DNA of 64,000 nucleotides, taken from NCBI GenBank assembly GCA_030141605.1, contig JAQGDQ010000045.1:248001-312000 (forward strand), read 5' to 3'. This DNA is from Tubiluchus corallicola. Lineage: Eukaryota; Animalia; Priapulida. Under the pieces are notes generated by a model. That model worked only from the letters and a program-made list of their open reading frames with translations, made no database searches and was not told the origin of the DNA. Made by a program: the position numbers and the translations under genes. Shown here piece by piece: positions 24,201 through 36,200 of the stretch; position 1 is the stretch's first letter, and every line of letters begins with the position of its first letter.

Positions 24201-27200
24201 AATCCAAATCGGAAAGCAATTTATTGCATGGTATTTTCAGAATTTTTTTTGAAATTTGAGAGAAAATTGAGTAATAGGTATGCTGTATGTAATTTTGTTT
24301 TGTCTGCATTGGCTCAAACAAGCAATGCCACTCAGTAAACTGGCAATTAAATTAAGAATTGATAATTCCTTCGTAATGCCATCACGAAGTGTGTAGTGTT
24401 GCTGTTGAAATAAATAATTTATAATAAAAGGCTTAGTTGACTAGGACTAACAGGAGGCATTTAAATGTAGCAATATTTAATATTATGTAATGTCTAAGTA
24501 AAACTGTTTTAATCATTTGGAAAATCACGTGAATGTGGTAATTTTTAAGTTAGTTTGCGAATTTATTGAGGAGAATTCTGATAAACAGTGCTTTGGACAT
24601 GCATAGCACAAGTCATAAATTTGTATCTACAGACAGTTAGTACCTTGGAGTTTTTCAGAAGCTTTTTTTTCAGCTTTGAATGATACGGCCGTGACCATGC
24701 CAAAAACATCTCCTGCCAAAACTGTAAAGTCAGTCAGTAATCGATCGAGCCGTGACTTGGAAAATGATAACGGTGAGACGCTGATGAACATGTCTGTTGA
24801 CCATCAAGAGAGGGCCTCAATTACCTCAGGTACATCCTATGCGTCTACAATATCTGATACAGACAAGGTAAGCTGTTGTTATATTATAGTCATTTTAATT
24901 CAGCTTCTTATCAATATGGTGTACGAAAAATACTTTTATCCTCAACTTTCACAAGTATGTGGGCCAAAGTTGACTATTGTGTTGATAGTTGGTTCAGTGT
25001 TTAGTGTAAGCAAGTTGAAAGCTGTATGCTATCTGCTTTTAGGGGACAGTACTGTTGCAATTCATGCTATATGCTAAGATTTCAGAAAGAATCAGTGTAA
25101 AGTTTGCTGTACTTTTTGTAGCAAATGTTTGTAATGGAGTTTTAGTACGCATTAGTTTACACTGTGTGAATGAGCAGCTGCTAGCAATGATGACTCGCTC
25201 TGGCTAAGAGCATTAAATCATCAACTACCGCGAAACTGCACAATTTAAATCAGTAATTTGTTGCTGCCAAAGTGTTAAGCTTCCCGGATTGTGTACAAGC
25301 TAAGCCGAATACAATCGATTTTTCGCTGGGAGTTTCTGTAACGGCTCGAAGGCTTTTGATCATTAGACTCAAAGAAATTTGTTATGATTTTTGCTTGAAA
25401 GACTGGTGTTAGGTTAAATTGAGAGGTTTGAAATTATTCTTGTGATACCTTTGACGTAAATTGTAATTATAGTTTTTGGCTTCTTTGCTTTTATGTTTGT
25501 ACTGAAGAACAAGAGGTGAAAATTCACATTTTATATAAATTATTGTTTAAAATTAAGAAAACCAGTAGCTTTAAAATATAGAGTTAAATCAGTCAGCTTT
25601 TTTGGTTTTTCAGAAGGAAACTGTGCACTGTGGCATTTTTGGTGTTTAGGTTAAAACTACAATAAACATTTGCCCTGCATAATTTATAGTATGGATTTTG
25701 CATACTTTAGCCAAACGCATTAGTTTCTGCTGAAAATACTGCCATGGTTTTAATGCTTTTTAAGGAATTTCCGAAAGCTTTGAAATTTATGGCTGAATTA
25801 AGATGTAGTGGCCGATATAAACGAGTAGAACCTTTCAACGTTTCCACTGAACATTAGCATCATTTCTGTTGTGTAGTTCCAACTAATTGTGTTTTACTGC
25901 TGGTGCATGCAAGCAGTAATCTGATTATGGTAGTTGCAAAATTATCGCTGTGCTTTTGAATTTGATGGCCGTTTTATCAATTCAATTAGAGTTGGACTAA
26001 ATTTAATCTGCAGGGAATTGATTTTTGTGTCTTAGTCATTTTTGCCGGTTTGTTGTGAAAGGATTGATTTGTTTAGCTAATGCCTGCATTAATGATGTCT
26101 GAAATTCGTGCAAATGCCATCTGCTTTCAAGTGTTTGGTGGTAATGAACACTTATTTTCATTGCTTTTAATTCTTGTTGTTGCTGTAGTTTGTTAAAGCA
26201 GTTGACTTGTAAGTTCACAGAGCCAGCTTTAAGTTTACGTAACAGCAGTGATTGGAATTATTTTCTGGTATAGAAGGTCTCTTGATTAAATGAAATAGGT
26301 GGGTCTTACTAGTAATAAATATTCATTTAACATTTCATTGTGTCAACAACCAATTACAATGACCTTCCAAGAACATTTTTCATGTTCTTGAATTGAGCAA
26401 GTTGTTCCACTAGGTGGATCATTTGTCTCATTTGTAACAAGAGTCTTTAATATCATGGCCAAATGTGCCCTATTCTTTGCTTTCAGAGGAGTAGAAGTGT
26501 TAGTGGACATTGATTGTCTCACAGCTGGAATAAATACTTCTACTACACATTGTCTACAAGGACATGCATTAATTTCATCTCTAAATCACCTTTTGAAAGC
26601 CTTACACACATTTTTCATGAAAGAGGTGGCATTTGTAACTTGGGAATGTATGAAATTGTGTATCCTATTTGTTAGAGTAAAGTGAAGCTGATTTCTGTCC
26701 TTACCAGTTTAACTTGATAAGATTTACATTATTATTAGGTTAATTATTAGTTATTTTAAACTTGCTGGTTTCTGCATTGCTTTACAAACTGTAGATGAAT
26801 GACCTTCTTTTGGACTTTTCTCTTATGGTTGAGCAGAACAGGAGATTTATTATTTTTTATGTTCACATACCATAGCAAATTAGCAGTTCTTCATAATGAA
26901 CATGTTAAGGTAACACTTTTGACCATAAAATTCAGTGTAGTTCCTCGAAGTTCTATTAAATTCTCTATTTGCTTTATAAAAGCAAAAATTTCAAGTTATT
27001 TCATTCACACATAATCTAGGTAAAATTGACTGGTAAAGTTATTAAAATATTTTGCAGAATAATCATCCAAATTACTGTTTTAGTTTAAAATGTGGCCTCA
27101 TGAAGTGAAGTGTGAGCAACTGTGATTAATTGTGATGGCTCACAATGCGAATTCAAAATTAATTCCTAAAGTTTATGCCAGAACTAGATACTTTCTAGAA

Positions 27201-30200
27201 GACTGTTAATGAACACTTTAGCTTAGTGTAACATGTTGCAGACAGTTTCCTGTAGCCATTATTTAAGATGACGTGTTAAAGTTTGATAATATTATTCTAA
27301 ACATCACTGTTGCTCCCAAAACGTCGTTGAAATTCAGTAATTAATTAAAACTAAGACTAGACAAGCATTTTTTAAAGTAAATTATTCTTATCTAAGACTT
27401 TTTTAAGCTTTCCCATTGCTACTGCTGATCCGTGCAACAACATTTGTTCGTCTGCTTCTGAATTTACATTTGATGACAGTTGACATTTGTAAGACTGCAT
27501 TAACGATGTCTGAAATTCGTGCAAATGCCATCTGCTTTCAAATTTTATGATTCTAAATGAAGTTTTTATACAATATAATCATGTTAATGCGCCCATCAAA
27601 GTTCTCAGTAACAGAAAAAGCAGCTGTACATGAAATAGTGGAGTTTCAACCAGCGAAGGTAATACAAGTATTTACATTGCATAGCAACATGAGTATAAAG
27701 AATAATGTTATTATCAAAAGCCTTTACATTTTCATACCTGTAGAGATTGGGCAGCTCAACTTATTAATAAAGAAAGTAGAGAAAAACAAAAATGGGTTAT
27801 ATCTCAGAGTAAAAAATATGGCTACTCCTAAAAGTAAAGATTGCTTACCTTTAAACTAGACAGAAAAGCATATTGCTTGTAAAATAAATGTAAGCTTGTT
27901 TGCAGCTGTGCATTCTTGTAACATCGGGATTTCCACACGAAGCACTTTGATAATGATCCTCAGTGGTGACACTTGTCACCGTTTTTTTTGCCTTTTAACA
28001 ATTTATCACTTTAACTTTTGAGGAAATGGTTAGTAATTATTCAACGTCATCTACTTTAATATTAAAACAACATAATACATGTAGTAGCATTTTTCTCAGC
28101 AAAGAAATTAAACATTTTAATTAATATGAACGATATTTATAAGGTACAAGCTTCTCGATTATTTTGTTTAATACCAGGAAATTAATTTTCACGCTTTTAG
28201 CAGTTAATGCTGATGCCATATTTCTTAGCAAATTATCGGGAAGTTGAGTAATTCGCATCAGGCTGCACAAGACAGTTTTAATCGTGGCTCAAAGTTTGCT
28301 TAACAATTCATTATGAAAACATGTAATTAATTTGATTAGTTAAAGTTTCCACGTGAGCTTGTTAAATACGCATGTAATTAGTTGTTGTGTTTGCGCAAAG
28401 CTGTAGTAATGTGACTGGCGGGCAAGGGAAAAGTCAAGCAGTTATGGTGTGTATGTGTTTAGTGAAGTATTGCGGAGCCTGATCAATAAATGTATGAGTG
28501 ATTGTTGGGATGATTCTTTCTCAGTGATTTGGCTGCTGTACCACCCTGGGCTATTTACCTCATTGAGGAAGAACGTTTAAGACAGCTTTGCCAATTTCAA
28601 AGTTTCACATTAATTATCTATATTAGTTAACTAGGTTTCGGTTCTGCTACAACCACCTACATTAACTAGTTCTTTTGGTAGGTATAAATTTTCTGCATTC
28701 TTTATATATATTTCCTACGAGTAAATACCGATTACTCAAAATTTCTGGCTTTTCTTGCAACAAATGATTCAATATAAGTAAATTGTTGTAGCAGGCAGTA
28801 TTCAGGCAGCCAACAGCAGCCTGGCTTCTGTGCATAACATTTTAGCAGAATAATACTGCAAAGAAGGAACTTTAACATTTATATATGTAATATGTTCATC
28901 ACGAAGGCAGTATTTCAAAATTAATGCTAGGCCTGCATAACGCTCTTTTCTGCATGTTGCAAATATTTAGTACAAAGGCAGGGTAAAAATCACTCAGCTA
29001 TTCAAAATCTGCAGTTAATGTTTTATCAGATAATACTGTGGGGTCAAGATCCTAATGAAAATTCATCAGCTTTTTTATGGTTGCCACAAACACAGAAAAA
29101 AAGATCATTCAGTCATCCACATTGGCTTGACTCTGTCAAATGTTGCTGTATTAAAATAAATATTTAATAAATCTAAAGATTTAATACCCAAGTTTTGTCA
29201 ATGTTTGCAAGAGTAAATTCGGATTAAAATGCACTTCAATTGGTTGAAGTCATCAAATGAATGAAGCATTGTCATAATTTTTAGTGCTATATCCGTCTGC
29301 GCTTCATGATCTTTCGTTTAAACTATATTACTTTTAACATTTATGAATGTGACTTAATTTTACTTTAATGGATTAGCTAATTAACAATTTGCTACAAATT
29401 CCTTATTTTGAACCAAAGACATCCTAGCTAATCATACTACAAAGTTTTTACTTGATTGGATCATGGGAACATGCAATTTAAATGAAATTAAAATTAATTA
29501 TTTAAACTGTTCTAATTAAGTAACAATTAAAGAACTGCTTCAAATTTTTTTTGGACCAAAGGCATCCCATCTAATCATCATACTGGATTTCTCCTCAGTT
29601 GGATTGTGGGAACATGCAATTTAAATAAATTTAAAATTAGTTAATTAAACAACTCTAATTAATTAACAAATTGCTACAATTTTTTTAATCAAAGGCATCC
29701 TAACTAGTCATACTAATAAATTTCAATTTAATTAGATGAATACTTCTGGAATTGGATCAATTTAAAATTAGTTAATTAAACAATTAATCTAATTGATTAA
29801 TCAAAGGATTATGACAAATTCTTTTGCCTTGAACCAGGACATCCTGTTTAATCATTACAACAATTTTAATTCAATTGGATAAACACATTTGAGTTATTTC
29901 AATTCATTGAGAGTTAAAAAATTGGAAAAGTGTAACAGAAAAAGCTGGACTGATTGAATCTCTGAGTAAGAAGATTCTTTTCAAGACCCGATTTAAGGAA
30001 ATTTCATAAACTAAGCATAATGAAACGGTAAAAATTAGCCTCCCAAAATCTATAGCTGTGTTATTACAGCTTTTCAAGGAAGCACGATTTTCCATGCACT
30101 CTACAAGTACCATTGATCAATCACAACTCTTCCAAAACCTGGCGGCTTCACATTTTTTTCAATTTTTGTGAGCTATTCACAGACAAACTGTGTGGAAAAG

Positions 30201-33200
30201 CTACTCATACGATTGTCTGTCATGTTTTGCAGGTTACTACTTAGACGCACTAGTCTCGACTTAGTAACTTAAATAACGAATGGCAGCACACTGGCTGCAA
30301 AAACACTTTGTTATAGTATTGTCACAATGCAAATGGTGTTGTGGGTAGTAAAGGTAAAGGAAGCATTATGAACTGATGTCTTTTTTAAAATCCATCCGCT
30401 TACTGGTGGACATAATTATTTAGTGATGTGATTCTTACTTATTGATTTTCTAATGGTTTCTAAGAGCTTCTTAAAATGGTTTCTAGACTTAATTGTTATT
30501 TGGATTTGTTAATTTCAGCTTTTGTTTTTTCGTGTGGACCTCAGCTCACATGTCATCCAACTAATGTTCAATGCAAAATTTGGATGCGATCTTTAAAAAA
30601 AGAAGTCTTCTAAAAATTGTACTTAATATGTGCTCTTCGTGTGGTTAAGTGCGTTGTATACGTTCAGGATTTTTGTGAAAACTCGCTTGGTTTTAGAAAA
30701 ATTTGTGGTAGTTGTTGGTGTACCTGGTAGAGTACAGTACACAGTGTAATATTAACTGAGATGTTCATAGTGGATTTTTATTAACTTTCATTTGAATTTT
30801 TTTAAGAAATTGAATGTGGTTTATGGCCAAATTACATTTGACTTTCAGTACTTGTGTGTTTACATGTCAAACAACATATCAAGAATAACAAGAATTTCAT
30901 GCAACCTAAGATGTTGAGGATATGATCAAAGAGGCTGGTTTCAAAATCTAGTTTCATCAGCATCTATTGCAGATAGTTTATAAATTTCTCTTATGTGTGT
31001 GCGGATCAGAAGTGCTCTGCCTTTCTTTAATTACATGACATGTCCCTTCGATCATACCTGTCAAAACGGCCAAGCCGTATTAGAGCCTCAGGGCTGTCCA
31101 CTAAGCTTGAGTGATTGCGAGATCTTCAATTTCGGTAAAAATTTTATGATATATCAAAAATTTGTTGTGTATTCATTATTTTGGAATCTGTGCACGCTGC
31201 AGGATTACGTTAACTACCTGCATCTTTATTCTGGCAAAAGATACATGCTGTGTTTCACACGCCTTGGCTAGATATACCATAAATAATGAAAAGTTAAATC
31301 GTGCATAAAAAGCGTTACAAGTGAGAAATGTCTCGCGTTGCGCAATCGATTTGTCTCTCATAGAACTGATGAAGATGGAGAGGCAGTTGTAAAAATGCAA
31401 GAAAATTCAGCAATCAACACATGCAAATCTATGCCGGGAGCTCATAATTCTTTCTCACGCATTACTGAGTTGGTTTTTTCACCGAGAATTAACAAACAGT
31501 TATTTTGCAATTTCCTAGACGCCGTGATTGATTTCAAACCGTATTATCAATGTATAACAAAACTCGTGATTTCAAAACTCATTACAATGGATTTATAAAT
31601 CTAGTAAGAAATCCAGAATAGTACATACGATTTCTCTGTTTGATATATTGATCTGAACACGTGAATTATGTCTTGAATGTGTAAATTATATCTCCTTTTA
31701 CGTAGCGCTTCATTTTTCTACTCAAGTAATTTTTCTCTATGATTAGATGATGAGGACCCGGAAAAGAGGCATGTTACTTTAAAAAACACGTATTATAAAA
31801 GCAGAGCCAAATACAAATTTTGAAACTTTGTTATTTATTAAGAGGCATGTTATTTTGAATTTGCTTTTTTTGTTGCCTGACTTATTTCAAAGTAAAATGT
31901 TTCATCATTTGGAGAGCCATACTTTGAAGAGTATGAAATAAGACACTAACAGGTCCTCTTTTTCCATACATCATTTTGATTCAGCACGTCTTTGAGTCGC
32001 TATACATTTTAATTTGTGTAGTGATTCCATAAAAACTAATGGCAAGTTTAATCAGAAAATTTCTTTTTAAAGATGCTATGCTGGCATGCTGTCGTTTACA
32101 CAGAACTGACAGAAAGCATCATTTTTGCTTTGTACTCTACATGGTGGGTAAATAAAATCTTTTTTTACATCTTTATGGAAAGAAACTTTCCATAAAAAAC
32201 GTATTTTTTGCAGAAAGGGTTACTAAAGAAGCTATTGACTGAATTAGTGCCATAAAAACATGCAAAGTATCGTACAAGTACTTTGTTGATAATAAGAGAC
32301 AATTAGGTCTAATAGACCTAATTTGTGATTAATACTTTACAAAGTTTATTACTATTCAGTTTTTATATTAATTTAAATGATACTGCATAACTATTACAAG
32401 ATGTCAGAGAAAACCACTATATGGCTAGGATCATATTACTAAACTCATTTAAACTTAGTAATGCAATTAGTCAAGGACTCATTATTGCTAGTTATTATTG
32501 TATAGAAAACCCATGAAAAAAATTGTTGCACTTCATCAGGTCGTTATACGTTGATTAAGAGCATAATTAATTAAAACCAGAAGGAAAGACAAACTGTATA
32601 CTGTAGAACAATACAACCGATTCTTCACAACTCTATGATACAGCTACAGGACCAAAGCAGCGCATTAAAAATTAACATCTTAATTTATCTAGGTCAGCAA
32701 CTACGATTTAGCAACTACGATACCTTGAGGTAGTCTGATGGGTGAACCTAATTATAGAGGTATAATGGTTTCTTCCTGCCGGATAAAAATGTTAGTCTCG
32801 GTTAGTTTTATGGTGTAACTGGTTAGTTGCAACCTACAATTTTCACACAGAATAATATTGCTTACAGACTACAGGGTTTTTGATTCTTTTATTGTGACAC
32901 TGAATTGTGAACTTGGTGTACCACAATTTTCTAGGCCATTCTATAGAATTTTTGAAGTTGTTTCTAACCACAATTTTCTAGGCCATTCTATAGAATTTTT
33001 GAAGTTGTTTCTAACCAGTCATGTAAGTATTTTAGTGTATATTTGGTTTCCGGTTTAAGTTATCTTTGAATTGAGTAAAGCATGGTAATCAAATTTTCCA
33101 TGTTGAGTATGCTAATTGTTTTCTAGCTATGGCATGTTTTGCTAGATTTCGTACGTTTACTAACTCCTTCAAATTTTTTCTCACCGATTACATTTTGGCG

Positions 33201-36200
33201 TGCGTAATTCATTTCAATCCTCTGCATGTAAGTGCTAGCCTCTCGACACTTCCTATATGGTTGAAAGACGCCACTTTAAAGTAATTAACACGTACAAGTA
33301 TTGCGCATTATCAGTAGCTACCAGTGGCTAGCTGCAAATCCCATTAAATCCTTGCTTGAAATTAAGTGCATGGTAGGTAACATTTACACGGCCAAGTTTG
33401 CATAAATGCAGTATCCAGTAATAGCAAAAAGAAATTACTTTCGGATCATGAAACCTTAGAAGTAGTCAATAACATATAAATGCGCGAAAGCAATACTAAA
33501 TTAGAACTTATTCTATGTGTAGAAATATATAAGTGATATATAGTAGAACTGTATATTTAATAGTTCTATATAGTTCTACATATTCTGTAATATGAAATAC
33601 ATTTATTTCTATCCGAGCTTGCTGTCCTATATAATTCAGGGTGCATAAGATTATGGCTATGTGTAAAATAAATAAAATAGCTCATTTTATGGATTTTTGA
33701 AATTTTATTTTATGGATATCAATAAAATAAGAAATAGACTCTATCTTGAAAGAGATGCCCAGGGTGAAATCAATTAAAAAGTAAAAACAGGAGTGCTTGA
33801 AACGTGTTTTTAAACACGCGGGACTTAGTTTTAATTTTATCGGTTTCATATCACTTCAAATTTAATCAAATTTTACGAGACAATGCCTTGTAATTCATCA
33901 CTTCAGTTCAAGTAATTCGTCTATTTGGTACGAATGTAGAATGCCCTCTAGGCTGAAGTTTCCGATCCAATGCCTGCCTGTATTCAGTTTTGATTGCCTC
34001 GACCGTTGCCGTGTTCCCGAAGGCTGTGGCCAGGCCTCGGGCAAATGTAATTAAAGTAGAAAACTTTTTTCGTTTGATAAGCTCCTTCCAGCTCATGCTT
34101 TGGTTGAAACTTCGCCATCTTGATAACAAAAGGACAATGAGAAAAAACAATGTAAAATAGCAAATCCGGAAATGCGCTTTTGTTGGTTTGTTTTCTTTCT
34201 CTTTCCCCCCTTCTAACGTTCGTTTTCAGTGTTGCCAATGCTTACAACACGTTACTTTGAACAAAAAGTCACAAAAAAAAAATATTTTTTTATTTTATGC
34301 ATTTCTTATTTTATGGATTTTTCAAATTTTATTTTATGGATTTTTGGTCTTATTTTATGGATATCCATAATCTTATGCAGCCTGCCTATATTGATGTGCT
34401 GAACATGTGAAACGAAGAGAATATAGTAAGAAAGAATGATAAGCAACAATAAAAAAAACTCGAATAGAGGGAAAGGACAAGAGCAGAGAAACGAAGAAAG
34501 AGAAAAGGAAATGAGCAGATCACATTTAGTATTTGAATGCAGTGGCTGTTTGCACTAAGTGAAGCCATCTTAGACGTTGAGGGGTCACGTCTGTACGAAA
34601 AAACCGGTTCAAATCTCACCAGTTTCTGCCACTACCAGCTGGGTTGTATAGGAAGCCAAACATTTCGGGTCTACTGCCTGCCTTGCCAAATATATAATTT
34701 CATGTTTACGCAGCAAATTCTTCCTCGATATGTATATTCATCTGGACTGCTTTCTTCGGTTTTTTTATTCACTTGAATGTACAAATTGTTGTTTTAAAAA
34801 CAGCGCAGAAAAATTTCCTCTGCTCACTCCAATATGGAGCGATTATAACTAGAACTGGAGGTTAGTCCTCTTATCGCTCTTTGTTGCAGCGCACACGCAC
34901 CGAATTATGTCTATTGATGAATTTTTCTCTAACATTGTCTATTAGATTAGCACTTGTAGAGCTTCTATTCTCCGCTTGTAATAATCCAGGATTAGCAGAA
35001 GTAAATTGGGAACGATAAGCAAATTAGGTTAATTCATTACTACCAAGGAATAATAATTGTGATTGTTATGTAGCGCGTATTTTGTTGATAAAGCAGTTTG
35101 TCTCTTGGGGTTAACAGTGATTCTGAACTGCTGTAACACCCAGAACCCAGATGTTACCTCCACTAGGAAAGCAGATTGGCTTGCAGATCTAATATACAGA
35201 TTAGTAGATTTTACGTCAGTGAATCGCGTACATAATGGTTTACCGAAATGTCGTATTTACTCTTTAATTTCTGATAGTGAGATTTTTTTATTATTGTGTG
35301 GTTATCGCTTTCGCTTTCACTTGAGTAGTTTTACCTAAGTCATGTAAACCATGCAATGAGCGCACGCGCAAGCGGCCCATTACACGCTGGTAGCCTAAAT
35401 GACTCACGACTAACTTAAAGAAAACCGGCTGATTGTGTAAACATTCAGAATAAAGAATGCTCTAAAATATTGAAAACTACAATAGCTTTTTTTAAATCAA
35501 AGCTTAGACTAAATGATAATTACCTCGGACACTCAAATTTTGTTAAACTTTCAAAGCTTTCAAAGCTACATGCGGCGCAGTGAATCTATTAAGATTGGCA
35601 GCGGTGCATTTTTGTCAAGTACACGTGGCCGACAAATAGAAGACGGTACCGTGATAACCATGATCATGACATACAGTTAATTAACTTTCTTAGCTAATTA
35701 TTCAAATATAAGAAACAACTTTATAAGTTTTATAGGCAAGAAAATGTATATTTTGGACAGTAAATTAAAATGAGATTGAGTCTAAACAATCCTCCGGTCT
35801 TCCTTTAATCATTTCTTGCTCTGTTATGCAAAAGCTGTATTCATCCAGTTAATTGTAAGCATAATGTACATGATTGTACCACCACTGGACGTATATTTCC
35901 ATTTGTATTGACAGTCTACTAAACTTTGCTGATGATTGACATCCTAAACAGGGTTATTTGCTGAACGCAGTTATTCCGGTTGGTTAGCTTGAGAAGCAAT
36001 TTCTGCGTCTCTTCCCTTTCAAAGTTGCAGGTTTCACCGATTTTTCAACATATGGCATATATAAGTATACAACGATACACGTAAATAAGTGTTGAAATAG
36101 AGTTAACAGAAAGATTCACTGCCCTCAACATTTTATAAAGAGTTTGTCGGTCAACGCATAAACGAAGGATCCGGGGAACCTTATTAACTGTCTCTAGGAA

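Noticed and set aside
26090-26105. C/D-box snoRNA-like ATGATG...CTGA in the 47-bp repeat
   Set aside because: The boxes are adjacent, with no room for guide sequences and no terminal stem.
30933-30964. Minus-strand CTGATGA...GAAA hammerhead core
   Set aside because: No convincing stems I, II or III.
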